In this document: positions 39,133-48,576 of the stretch, in pieces
How positions within the stretch are numbered: position 1 is the stretch's first letter
Layout: every line of letters begins with the position of its first letter
Assembly: GCA_039586795.1 (NCBI GenBank)
Contig: JBDHJS010000015.1
Coordinates: 78,798-142,797, forward strand
Length of the DNA stretch: 64,000 nt
From: Gemmatimonadota bacterium
Lineage (GTDB): Bacteria > Gemmatimonadota > Gemmatimonadetes > Palauibacterales > KS3-K002
Direction of reading: 5' to 3'
Position numbers and translations under genes: made by a program
Notes under the pieces: generated by a model
The model's database searches: none
What the model saw: the letters and a program-made list of their open reading frames with translations, nothing else
Told to the model about the DNA's origin: nothing

Positions 39133-39663
39133 ATGGAGCGACGTGATACACGTATCGGTTCGACTGACGCGCAGCCGTCGGTCCGAACGGCACCGTCTCA
39201 TCTTCGATTCCGAACGGAAATGGAGCCGAGCGGTGATCCGATGCGTCGTCGCTGGCAGGCAGTCTACTCCTACGGCGAAGGCTGGGCGCGATTCACCATG
39301 GCGGTGAATCTGAATCGGGGAACTCTGACTCTGCACAGGACGCAAGATGCGGACTACGCCCCTATGCTGCGCCAGCTCATGGGCAAACCTAGCTCGGTCA
39401 CACCGATTCCCCCGGCCACACCCAAAGTGGAGTCGATGTCATTCGACATCGAGATTCTCGGCTACAAGATGACGAGGATCAACGCGGGAGATTTTCAGGC
39501 GGGCGGGCTGGGAGACTGGCTCGTGGTTCAAGCATACGTGCCGCGAAGTGCGGAGTCGTTCGTTCTAGGTGTGAATGATCGGCTCAACGCGGGTGAGATC
39601 GTGATCAAGAGAACGCAGTCGGTACCTGCGGTACTGCACGTTCTTTCGCAGATCTTCGGCTAA
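39133..39663 (+). CDS. Hypothetical protein
   Basis: AGGAG RBS before ATG 39133; natural-looking globular sequence. Confidence 0.6.
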   Translation: MERRDTRIGSTDAQPSVRTAPSHLRFRTEMEPSGDPMRRRWQAVYSYGEGWARFTMAVNLNRGTLTLHRTQDADYAPMLRQLMGKPSSVTPIPPATPKVESMSFDIEILGYKMTRINAGDFQAGGLGDWLVVQAYVPRSAESFVLGVNDRLNAGEIVIKRTQSVPAVLHVLSQIFG

Positions 39664-39734
39664 CCCCGACACTCCACAATTTGAGAGTTGGATACCTGCC
39701 ACGGCGGGCGTCGTCGCCCCTTACGCGAGAGTAA

Positions 39735-41297
39735 ATGATACGCCCCGAGATCCAGGAAGTCGCCGCTGTCTTTCGCGGCGAGCTGAGGTGGATGTTCGGG
39801 CCATACCCATCGCTCATCCCTGAATCTGGCTGGCCGTCCGTAGGCATTCTCGATGCCCTTTGTAGTGGCATGCGCCGTCGTAGTGATTGGACGCAGGGCG
39901 AGAAGGTATTTGTGGCGGGTGCCGCGGCACATCTGGGTGAATTGGTCAACAGCTGTTGGCAGAGGTTCGCCACAGACGTTCGCGTCGAATTCGAGCAAGG
40001 AATCATCTGTTCAGGCCGGACCTCCGACGGCACCTCGTACCGGTTGCATCTCGAGAACGGGATGCTCGCCACATTGAGGAATCCTGATCTCCCGCACTAT
40101 ATGCCAGAACAGCTGCCCCTGCGCCCTGCCAGCGGGCGGTACGCTCTGGAGCTCTTCGGGCTCGCCGCCTGCTTGGGAGTGAGCGCGGTCGGCGAGGGGG
40201 ACTGGACCACGTTGCATGGCGACCGTCTTCGCGAGCGCGTCGATGCGGTGGTTCCTCTTCTGGCGGAGATGTGCGCTGCGTACTACGCCGGGCTGTATCC
40301 CGAAGAGCCGTTGGGTCGAAAACCCGACCTATATCAGCGGCTGATCTGGCCGCTAACGATGTGCGAAGGAGTGCGAGCCTACGAAGAAGCCGGCGCCAAC
40401 CTTCTCTCCTACCTGGATGGCGCTCTGGCCGTGGTTCGGGGCGCGCTGCCGCTACTAAGGAACCTGGCCCGGTTTCCCAGCGGGACGGTGAGGGGCGCTG
40501 CTCTGACTTGTCTGGCCCTCGATGAGGGCGTCCCGGTGTCGGGCGAACTAGTGGAGATAGCAGCGCACCATTTCAGAGGACGAGCGGCGGCCTACCGTGA
40601 GGCAGCGATAGACCTCGCCGCCGACCGCGGCCGTAACATCGATTGGCTGAGTGGCGCTGTGAATGGTAAGGCTCGCTTCCGACACGAGCGCCAGCTTTCT
40701 CTGTTGCCGTTGGTTCGGGTTCCTTACGAGACGTGCGTCGATCCAGCCAACCGAGATCTGGTGGTTGCACTCGTGAAGGGCGAAGCCGAGAACGCGGCGA
40801 TGCTTCTGGGGTCGCGGTTGCAGGAGGCTGGGCGCGCAGCAGACCTATTGTTCCAGCAAGCGATACTGCAGCGGGAGTTGGCCGAGCACGAGCATTCGGA
40901 GTCGCTGATGCAGGAGTTGGTGCGCCTCCATCCAGACGGCCTCGGCTGGGACTTCTACATGGAGGCCGGGATCGGTGCCCTGGAACTGAACCGACTTGAC
41001 GACGCGATCGCCCGGTTGGAGCGGGCGAGAGAGATGACAACCTCACGGTTTAAGGTCTCGTCTATTCTGGGCAGCGCGTACGCGAGAGCCGGTCGTCGGG
41101 AAGACGCGGTTATTGCGTTCGGCGAGGCTATCTCTCAAGGCCAGTCGCCATCCGATGTGCTGGTTAGCCGGGCCGACGTGCAGCGAGAGTTGGGTGAACA
41201 GGAGGGTTACTCTCGCGACCTGGCAGCTGCCGCAGCGCTCTACCCTTTCAATCCACGAGTCGTCGAGCGCGTGATGGCGGGCTACGTGGAGGCCTAG
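39735..41297 (+). CDS. Hypothetical protein with C-terminal TPR repeats
   Basis: 520-aa ORF; C-terminal TPR-like helices (LGSAYARAGRREDAV, YPFNP). Confidence 0.7.
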   Translation: MIRPEIQEVAAVFRGELRWMFGPYPSLIPESGWPSVGILDALCSGMRRRSDWTQGEKVFVAGAAAHLGELVNSCWQRFATDVRVEFEQGIICSGRTSDGTSYRLHLENGMLATLRNPDLPHYMPEQLPLRPASGRYALELFGLAACLGVSAVGEGDWTTLHGDRLRERVDAVVPLLAEMCAAYYAGLYPEEPLGRKPDLYQRLIWPLTMCEGVRAYEEAGANLLSYLDGALAVVRGALPLLRNLARFPSGTVRGAALTCLALDEGVPVSGELVEIAAHHFRGRAAAYREAAIDLAADRGRNIDWLSGAVNGKARFRHERQLSLLPLVRVPYETCVDPANRDLVVALVKGEAENAAMLLGSRLQEAGRAADLLFQQAILQRELAEHEHSESLMQELVRLHPDGLGWDFYMEAGIGALELNRLDDAIARLERAREMTTSRFKVSSILGSAYARAGRREDAVIAFGEAISQGQSPSDVLVSRADVQRELGEQEGYSRDLAAAAALYPFNPRVVERVMAGYVEA

Positions 41298-41310
41298 GGA
41301 GTTTGCCCCA

Positions 41311-41538
41311 CTAAGGACGCCAACGGCCCGCCGTATAGCCTGCCGCAGTCACCCGGGAGACGACTTCTCTGAAACTCTCGCCAAGCGTGTGCGCAGCGGC
41401 GTCCAGCGAGTCGAAGGTGAGCGTTCGCTCGCTGTTTCCGTCGGGCGTGGAGTACGTTGCGACCACAACGACGTAGCCGTCGTCGCCAATGCTCCACTTC
41501 GCCCAGATGATGTCGTTGGTTTGGTTGCTGGCCGCCAT
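41311..41538 (-). CDS. Small hypothetical protein (75 aa)
   Basis: GGAGAGG RBS before ATG 41538; MAASNQTNDIIWAKW...GRWRP. Confidence 0.6.
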   Translation of the reverse strand: MAASNQTNDIIWAKWSIGDDGYVVVVATYSTPDGNSERTLTFDSLDAAAHTLGESFREVVSRVTAAGYTAGRWRP

Positions 41539-41686
41539 GGTCCTCTCCGGAATCGCGGGGAAGTTGATACGATGGCGTCGATTTGACCGGGCGTCCAGAT
41601 CGGTGCGGTACGCTTTCGGGCGGGCAGTTTCGCTTGCTAAGTTCGCCGCGTTGAGGGAAGAAGGCTGATCAACGGGATCCCACAAG

Positions 41687-42367
41687 ATGAACGACAATGA
41701 AATGGCCAGCGGTCTGCCTGCGTTGAGGACGGAGGGTCTGTCTCGAGCCGTCGACGGCAAGATCCTCGTCGACGGGGTTAGCGTGAGCATTGGCAGAGGA
41801 GAGGCGGTAGCGGTTAGCGGGCCGAGTGGAAGCGGAAAGACGTCGCTGCTGCGATTGCTCAATCGATTGGACGAGCCGACGTCCGGTTCCGTGTTTCTCG
41901 ACGGAACGGACTACCGCGACCTGGAGCCGCGTGTCCTGCGCCGGCGCGTTGGGATGCTTGCGCAGCGGCCGTACCTGTTTCCAGGCAACGTGGCGGACAA
42001 CGTGATGTACGGTCCTGCTGCGCACGGCGAGACGATGGAGCGCGCACGGATCGAGCAGTTGCTGGATCAGGTTGGAGTTTCTGGTTACGGCGACCGGGAT
42101 GTGAAAGGCTTGTCGGGTGGAGAAGCTCAACGCGTGTCGCTGGCGCGCAGCCTGGCAGTAGAGCCGGAGATCTTGTTGTTGGACGAGCCGACCTCGGCAC
42201 TCGACGATGCGGCGCGGCTCGGAGTGGAGGAACTGGTGTGCAGGATCATCGAAAGTCAGGGTCTCACGTGTTTGATCGTGACTCACGATCGAGAGCAGGC
42301 GGCGCGCATGGCGCGACGCACGATCGAGATGGAGTCCGGCAAGATCATTGACGATGGAAGAGGTTAG
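41687..42367 (+). CDS. ABC transporter ATP-binding protein (FetA/YbbL-like)
   Basis: GPSGSGKT, LSGGEAQR, LLLDEPTSALD, VTHD. Confidence 0.9.
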   Translation: MNDNEMASGLPALRTEGLSRAVDGKILVDGVSVSIGRGEAVAVSGPSGSGKTSLLRLLNRLDEPTSGSVFLDGTDYRDLEPRVLRRRVGMLAQRPYLFPGNVADNVMYGPAAHGETMERARIEQLLDQVGVSGYGDRDVKGLSGGEAQRVSLARSLAVEPEILLLDEPTSALDDAARLGVEELVCRIIESQGLTCLIVTHDREQAARMARRTIEMESGKIIDDGRG

Positions 42368-42376
42368 GAGAAGGCG

Positions 42377-43156
42377 ATGTTGGCCGGATTATTCGAGGGT
42401 GAGATCGAGCTGGGGCTAGCGCAGGCCGTAGCTACTGTGATTCTGGCGCTGATTGTCGTGTACGCGGCGCGGCGTGGGCGTGTCCACCTGGAGCGCGAGA
42501 CGTTGGTGGCTCTGGTGCGCGGCTTCATCCAGATCGTCGTGGCGGGCTCGATTCTGGTCTTCCTCTTCACGGGACCATCCTGGGTCAGCGCTTTCGTGCT
42601 GACCGGAATGATGGTCGCGGCGGCAGCCACGGCATCGAGGCGAGCGAGTGGCGTGCCGGGAGCGTTCGTAATTTCACTGTATGGCATCGCGGGTGGAGCG
42701 GGTGCGGTGATCGGCGCGATGACGTGGATCGGTGCGATCGATGCGCGCATGGCCTCTCTGATTCCGGTCGGCAGCATGATCATCGCCTCCTCAATGAACT
42801 CGGGAGCTCTGGCGCTGGAGCGCATTCGCGCTGAGCTGACGGCGAACGTCGGGTCGATCGAGGCGGGCCTTTCGCTGGGAGCCGCACCGGCTCAGGTCAG
42901 CGAACCGTACGTGCAACGCGCTGTGATGGCGGGAATGATTCCGCGGATCGATACTCTGCGGGCGCTAGGGATCGTCTGGATCCCGGGCCTAATGGCTGGG
43001 ATGGTACTGGCGGGCAGCGACCCGGTGTACGCGGCGATCTATCAGTTCGTGGTTGTGGGAATGATCTATGCCTCGTCGGGATTCACGTCGCTGATCTGCA
43101 CGCTACTCGTCCGCGGTCGCGCATACACGGCGGCAGATCAGCTCGTGATTCGGTGA
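42377..43156 (+). CDS. ABC permease, FetB/YbbM (UPF0014) family
   Basis: LVRGFIQ, LIPVGSMII, GIVWIPGLMAGMVLAGSDPVYAAIYQ. Confidence 0.88.
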   Translation: MLAGLFEGEIELGLAQAVATVILALIVVYAARRGRVHLERETLVALVRGFIQIVVAGSILVFLFTGPSWVSAFVLTGMMVAAAATASRRASGVPGAFVISLYGIAGGAGAVIGAMTWIGAIDARMASLIPVGSMIIASSMNSGALALERIRAELTANVGSIEAGLSLGAAPAQVSEPYVQRAVMAGMIPRIDTLRALGIVWIPGLMAGMVLAGSDPVYAAIYQFVVVGMIYASSGFTSLICTLLVRGRAYTAADQLVIR

Positions 43157-43264
43157 TCTAGAGGTGTAGGGTGGTGGCTGGTGACGGGCGTCATCATCTT
43201 AAGGGCCGGCTCGATTCCGATAGGTAGGGCCGATAGCTCGATCCGATCATTACGGAGGGTTTGA

Positions 43265-44782
43265 ATGCTTGAGATTGATGGCCGCACGCTGACCCTGGAG
43301 GATGTCTGGCGGGTCGCGATGTCTGCTGAGGCGGAAGTTGGCTTAAGCTCGGCGGCTCGCGAAGCGATCGATGCCTCACGGCAGGTTGTCGAACGCTTGA
43401 TGCAGGGCAGGGAGCCCGTGTACGGGGTCACCACGGGTTTTGGCCGGCTCTCGGAGGTAACCGTCCCGCGTGACCGTCGACTGGAGATGCAGGAGAATCT
43501 GATCCGCAGTCACGCCAGCGGTTTTGGCAAGCCTCTGGATCGTAGTGTCAGTCGTGCGGTCATGCTGCTCCGCGCCAACTCTCTGGCTCGAGGGAACTCG
43601 GGCGTTCGAGGCGAGGTCGTTGATCTACTGATCGCGTTGATACGCAATGGGATCGACCCCGTGATACCGGAATTCGGTTCCGTTGGAGCCAGTGGTGATC
43701 TGGCCCCGCTGGCCCACGTCGCGCTGTGCTTGCTAGGCGAAGGGCGGGTGCACGGGGATGCGGGTCCTGAGGAGGCGGCGAGCGCTTTGAAACGAGCTGG
43801 GCTGGAGCCGGTTCAGCTGCATGAGAAGGAAGGGCTGGCCCTGATCAACGGGACCCAGGCGACAACAGGACAAGGCGTGCTCGCCTTGCTTCGTGCGGAG
43901 TCGGCTCTCGAGACCGCAGAACTAGCGGGTTGTATGTCGCTGGAAGGGTTGATGGGGACGCCTACACCCTTTGACGAAAGGGTTCATGATAACCGTCCAC
44001 ACCCTGGCCAGATCACCACCGCCGCCCGCCTGCGAGCGCTGCTTGCCGACAGCGAGATTCGCGAAGCCCATAGACATGGTGACCCGCGGGTCCACGATGC
44101 CTATTCTCTGCGTTGCATACCGCAGGTCCATGGCGCTGCCCGGGAGGTGATGGGCTTCGTGCGACGGATTCTCGAAGTCGAGATCAACAGCTCGACGGAC
44201 AACCCGTTGGTGTTCGCGGATCAGGGGGACATCATCAGCGCCGGGAACTTCCACGCGCAGCTTCCATCAGCGGCGCTCGACTTCCTGACAATGGTGTGTA
44301 CCGACCTCGCATCGATCAGTCAGCAACGGATCGAGCGCTTACTCAACCCGGACCTATCGGGCCTTCCCCCATTCCTTGCCCATGACCCCGGCGTCGAGTC
44401 AGGATTCATGATCGCCCAGGTTGCAGCCGTGGATGTTCTGTCGGAGATGCGAGTGCTTTCTCACCCGGCCAGCGTCGACTCGGTGACGACAAGCGCGAAC
44501 AAGGAAGACCATGTGTCAATGGGCATGGAGTCGGCACGTAAGGTCTCCCGCGCGGTGGAGTGTCTGCAGTATGTGCTCGCGATAGAGCTGATGTGCGCCG
44601 CTCAGGCACTCGAGTTCCTCAAGCCGCTCACGCCGAGCCCCGGCGTGGCGGCGGGCCACGAGCTGATCCGCGATAAGGTGCCGCCTCTCGAAGGGGATCG
44701 CGTTTTGGGCGGTGACATAGAGAGCATCCGCACATTGATAGACGACGGTGCTTTCCGAGAGGTGGTCGAGCGTTTCGCGTAG
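43265..44782 (+). CDS. hutH: Histidine ammonia-lyase
   Basis: VYGVTTGFG, SHASG (His specificity residue), MIO-forming GASGD, DAYSLRC, GNFH, EDHVSMG. Confidence 0.93.
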   Translation: MLEIDGRTLTLEDVWRVAMSAEAEVGLSSAAREAIDASRQVVERLMQGREPVYGVTTGFGRLSEVTVPRDRRLEMQENLIRSHASGFGKPLDRSVSRAVMLLRANSLARGNSGVRGEVVDLLIALIRNGIDPVIPEFGSVGASGDLAPLAHVALCLLGEGRVHGDAGPEEAASALKRAGLEPVQLHEKEGLALINGTQATTGQGVLALLRAESALETAELAGCMSLEGLMGTPTPFDERVHDNRPHPGQITTAARLRALLADSEIREAHRHGDPRVHDAYSLRCIPQVHGAAREVMGFVRRILEVEINSSTDNPLVFADQGDIISAGNFHAQLPSAALDFLTMVCTDLASISQQRIERLLNPDLSGLPPFLAHDPGVESGFMIAQVAAVDVLSEMRVLSHPASVDSVTTSANKEDHVSMGMESARKVSRAVECLQYVLAIELMCAAQALEFLKPLTPSPGVAAGHELIRDKVPPLEGDRVLGGDIESIRTLIDDGAFREVVERFA

Positions 44783-44793
44783 ACGCGACTCAC

Positions 44794-44823
44794 TGAAACT
44801 GAGGCATGCGGCGCACCGTAAGG
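44794..44823 (+). promoter_or_regulatory. ECF-type promoter upstream of the GlsB/YeaQ gene
   Basis: TGAAAC-N17-CGTAAGG, about 55 nt before ATG 44877. Confidence 0.6.
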
Positions 44824-44876
44824 TCTACTGTTGAATGAGCTGAGACCGTAAAGAATCACCGAACAGCGGACTTCAT

Positions 44877-45137
44877 ATGAGCTTCATCTCCTGGATCATA
44901 TTCGGTCTGATCGCCGGCACAGTCGCCAAGATGTTGCACCCCGGGCGGAACCCCGGTGGCTGCCTTGTAACCGCTCTGTTGGGAATCGGCGGAGCTATGT
45001 TGGGTGGCTGGATTGGGACCCAGCTTGGATGGGGGCGCGTTGATGAGTGGTCATGGCGAGCGATGGGCCTGGCAGTGGTCGGATCGTTTGTGATCCTGAT
45101 TGCCTACCGCATCTTGTTTGGCAAACCGCGGGACTGA
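44877..45137 (+). CDS. GlsB/YeaQ/YmgE family stress-response membrane protein
   Basis: WIIFGLIAG...PG...LGIGGAMLGG, three TM helices. Confidence 0.9.
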   Translation: MSFISWIIFGLIAGTVAKMLHPGRNPGGCLVTALLGIGGAMLGGWIGTQLGWGRVDEWSWRAMGLAVVGSFVILIAYRILFGKPRD

Positions 45138-45564
45138 GCGCGGCACCCACCGTTTGCCGGCTTCCGTAGCTGGCCGCAGGTTTGAGCATCAGACTCACTT
45201 CTTTGGCAGTCCGGGAGCTGTTTCTGTCTGAGCTTTGATGATCGCGAACGACTGCTCCGGCGACTGAAAGTTCTGGAGCGCGAATCGGCGAGCTTTCAAC
45301 GTCAACTCGATGAGCTACGGCACGAACTGGCGCGTCTAGAGAGTCTGCCAGTCGAGGCTCGCGAGCGTGGCACCGATTCGGACGTCGCTTTCATAAGTGG
45401 TTGGGCGAATTACGGGCCTTGCCGCGTGCGATCAGCTACGACCTCTCAAATCTGGCCCGCCTCTATCGTATCGGCAGTTTCGTGCTTCTCGCCCTCTCGT
45501 TCTGGTATTAAAAGTTCCGGGGCTCGGAGGAATAGCGGGCCACATGGAAGACGTTGCGGTCGAT

Positions 45565-45749
45565 TTTGTGAAATTCATGTTACAAATTCACCTGTGGCCG
45601 AGTTCCCGACTTTTCACTCCTACCCTAGCCAACTTGCCCGTCGAACGAGAAACGTTTGCGGTCAAGATGCAAACTCTGCCCGGTCAGTATGTCCGCACAA
45701 ATCCTAAGTCGTTGCCCGCCTGACACCTGCCTGTTGGCATGAACATGGC
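45565..45749 (+). promoter_or_regulatory. Putative sigma-54 promoter region of the pilin cluster
   Basis: TGGCAT-gaaca-TGGC (GG-N10-GC, 45735-49), IHF-like taagtcgttg (45705-14), palindromes TTTGT-N12-ACAAA (45565-86) and TTTGC-N9-GCAAA (45655-73). Confidence 0.5.
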
Positions 45750-45806
45750 GCTTTGACCGGACCTGGACCCGCTGAAAATCCCGCCAACAAAGGAATCGAA
45801 GCACGG

Positions 45807-46232
45807 ATGGTTTCGGTAAGATGTAGGCGAGGCTACACGATGGTGGACATAGCCGTCGTGCTCTTCTTGATCGGCGCCGCGATGTCGGTGAGCGGACCGC
45901 TCAGCCGACGTGTGGTAGCCAGCTACCAGTTGACCTCTGCGGTGCAGACGCTGGTATCGGATTTAGCGCAGACGAAGATCCGGGCCATCCAGTCGAACGC
46001 CGTGTCCACGGTGAGGCGCGAATCGGATCGAGACTACCGGGCGGCAAACCACCCGCGGCGTCTCCCCGGCATGGTACGGTTCGAGAGTTCGAGTACCGAT
46101 TCCGTCGCTTACAACGGTCTGGGAGCTGTGACGGATGGCGCGGCGCACGTCTTCGTGTTGGAGAACGTGTTCGGTGAGGCGCGAGAGGTGAGGGTGTACG
46201 CTGCGGGCGGCCATGAGGTGAGGAAGCTGTGA
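45807..46232 (+). CDS. FimT/GspH-like minor pilin
   Basis: Class III signal RRG|YTMVDIAVVLFLIG; LVSDLAQTKIRAI and VAYNGLG motifs. Confidence 0.75.
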   Translation: MVSVRCRRGYTMVDIAVVLFLIGAAMSVSGPLSRRVVASYQLTSAVQTLVSDLAQTKIRAIQSNAVSTVRRESDRDYRAANHPRRLPGMVRFESSSTDSVAYNGLGAVTDGAAHVFVLENVFGEAREVRVYAAGGHEVRKL

Positions 46233-46636
46233 GGAACGCAGCCGGCTTCACTTTGGTCGAGCTGATGGTGGCGCTCGTCATCTTCGCGTTTGGTGTGTTG
46301 GCGGGCGTTGCGTTGCTAGGGGCGGGACACAAGTGGGAGGGGCAAGCGGAGCTGGCGACGCAGATGACGGTTGCGGGTGAGATGAAGATCGAGGAGTTGA
46401 AAGCGATTGCCGGCACCAACCTGCCGGACACGGTTGCCCTGGTCGTCGGTGGTGCTCTGGGATCGAACGTTACGGGATACTCGGACACGACGGATTTGGA
46501 CGGTCGGACGTTCACGCGGCGTTGGCGAGTACAGGCGGGCCCGGCGGGGACGAGGCAGGTGACGGTGAGGGTTTTGCCCTTAGACCCGCCCGCGGCAGGG
46601 CAGGCCGAACTCTGGACGAACGTGATTCATGAATGA
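46229..46636 (+). CDS. PilV-like minor pilin
   Basis: AAG|FTLVELMVALVIFAFG; KIEELK; GTGA overlap with upstream gene. Confidence 0.85.
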   Translation: MRNAAGFTLVELMVALVIFAFGVLAGVALLGAGHKWEGQAELATQMTVAGEMKIEELKAIAGTNLPDTVALVVGGALGSNVTGYSDTTDLDGRTFTRRWRVQAGPAGTRQVTVRVLPLDPPAAGQAELWTNVIHE

Positions 46637-47237
46637 GATGGCGATGAGAGCGTTGACGAAGGGCGGCAAAGCCGGATTCACGACGATCGGGATGATCGTC
46701 GCCCTGCTGTTGTTGGGTCTGATGCTCTCTCCGCTGCTGGGGACGATTCTGTCAGCGCAGAACGGATTCGTGGCAAACCGTGAGCGTGCTCGCGCGGCGG
46801 GCAACGTTCGGTACGCGCACCTCGCGCTGACCCGGTTCATGAGGCTTGCCGGCAGCAGCCCGGTCGGCCTCCCTCTCCCCGGAATAGATCCGGACCCTGA
46901 CGGCAACGGATACTTCGACGATGTCCGCCTGCGCGCTGACTACAATCCTCCGGACGGTGACATCAACGACACGGGTGAGGATCTAGTCTTCTTCGTGCAG
47001 GCGGACACGATGTACGTACGTACAGGGGCAGGCGGCACGCCGGAGCCGTACTTGATTGGCGTCGATTCGTTAGCGTTCGAGTACTACGATCGGGATGGCG
47101 TTCTGATAACGGATCCATCTCTTGTGGCGACGCACGCAATATCGGCGCGCTTAACGATCCGCGCGCGGAGCGAACGGAGCTTCACCCCCACGAAGCGTCT
47201 GTTGAGTGGTGAGGTCAGACTGCGAAACGGGAAGTAG
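46629..47237 (+). CDS. PilW-like minor pilin
   Basis: KAG|FTTIGMIVALLLLG; LTRFMRLAG; LAFEYYD; C-terminal VRLRN. Confidence 0.75.
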   Translation: MNEMAMRALTKGGKAGFTTIGMIVALLLLGLMLSPLLGTILSAQNGFVANRERARAAGNVRYAHLALTRFMRLAGSSPVGLPLPGIDPDPDGNGYFDDVRLRADYNPPDGDINDTGEDLVFFVQADTMYVRTGAGGTPEPYLIGVDSLAFEYYDRDGVLITDPSLVATHAISARLTIRARSERSFTPTKRLLSGEVRLRNGK

Positions 47238-47241
47238 CAAG

Positions 47242-48552
47242 ATGGCTAGAACAGTTCGAGGAAACGAATCGGGAATCGCACTGCTTGCGGTGCTTCTGGC
47301 TATGGGCCTGCTCACCGTCGTGGGCGCGGCGGTCACGGCGGTTGGGATAGTGGAGTACCGGACGTCCGCGAACCATCGGTCGGCGACGCGGGCGCTGCTG
47401 TTAGCGGATGGCGCGGCCACTCATACGCTCGCTTTGCTGCGTGGCCCGCTGGCGCAGTACAGCTACACCGATGTTCTGCTTGGCGCGGATGGGGTTCCCG
47501 ATACGGACGATGACGGTCTGTTGGTGGGGTTCATGGGTCTGAACGGGGCGGATGCGCTTCCGGATACGGGGATTCAGCTGGAGCAAGGTCGCTATTCGGT
47601 ATCGATCGTGAACGACGACTCGGATCCCAGCGGCGATCCTCACAGCGACACCAACAACAGATTCGTCGCGCGCTGTCGTGGCGAGACACCGGACGGCGGC
47701 ATGGCAGAAGTGCGGATCATGCTGGCGGCGCCGAGCTTCCCGGCGGTCGCGACGAACGGAGATCTTTACTTACCCGGCACACCGAACATCGTAGGGCCGT
47801 GCGGCGGAGTGCACGCCAACCGGTTGATCGAAGTCAGCGGACATCCCGTGATATCCGGCGACGTAACGGCCGTGGAAGACGTTGTGATCAGCGGCACGAT
47901 CTACGATCCGGATGGCAATGTGGTCGAGCCGAAGTACGGGCCTCCAATGGAGATTCCGGAGTACGATCCGCTGGACTACTGTGGCCCTGCAGACTTCATA
48001 CTTGCCGACGGCAAGATGCTCGTGGTCGGTCCGCCGGAAGAGGAGCACAACCTGACAGGCAAGAAGGTATTTGGTTGGCAGTACGACAACTCGACGAAGA
48101 CTTACAACCTGACGGCCAAGGACGCGATCGAGGGCACGGTCTGCGCCCACGGCAATGTGAAGGTCATCGGCGATCTTGGCACCATCGGCGACCCGTTCGG
48201 AATCTCAATCCTTGCCACCGGATCGGTGCAGATGACAGGGACTCCCGCCATCGAGTCCACCCACCCGGATGGGATACTGATCATGGCAGCGGGCGATGTG
48301 CAGGCGGGTGGTAACGCAGCGGGTACGACGCCGTTCTATGAAGGTATGGTCTACTCTGGCAGCCAATGCCAGGTGAACGGTAACGCGCTGATCCAAGGTC
48401 ACCTGCTCTGTTACGATGCACCGGACGGCTCTGGCATGGTCGACCTGTTCGATGACAACAAGATCAACGGTACGCCCACCATCACCTACGACTGTTCAGG
48501 CGAACAGCGCCGCACGCTGGTCGCCTCGTGGTGGGAGTCTCGCACGCTGTAA
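47242..48552 (+). CDS. PilX-like protein with large C-terminal domain, copy 1
   Basis: NESG|IALLAVLLAMGLL, ALLLADGA (PilX N-terminus), followed by a Gly-rich beta domain. Confidence 0.75.
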   Translation: MARTVRGNESGIALLAVLLAMGLLTVVGAAVTAVGIVEYRTSANHRSATRALLLADGAATHTLALLRGPLAQYSYTDVLLGADGVPDTDDDGLLVGFMGLNGADALPDTGIQLEQGRYSVSIVNDDSDPSGDPHSDTNNRFVARCRGETPDGGMAEVRIMLAAPSFPAVATNGDLYLPGTPNIVGPCGGVHANRLIEVSGHPVISGDVTAVEDVVISGTIYDPDGNVVEPKYGPPMEIPEYDPLDYCGPADFILADGKMLVVGPPEEEHNLTGKKVFGWQYDNSTKTYNLTAKDAIEGTVCAHGNVKVIGDLGTIGDPFGISILATGSVQMTGTPAIESTHPDGILIMAAGDVQAGGNAAGTTPFYEGMVYSGSQCQVNGNALIQGHLLCYDAPDGSGMVDLFDDNKINGTPTITYDCSGEQRRTLVASWWESRTL

Positions 48553-48576
48553 GTCGAAGGAGGAGTTATACCCGCC

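Noticed and set aside
43265..44782. PAL/TAL or biosynthetic gene cluster
   Set aside because: The SHASG His specificity residue indicates HAL, and there are no biosynthetic neighbours
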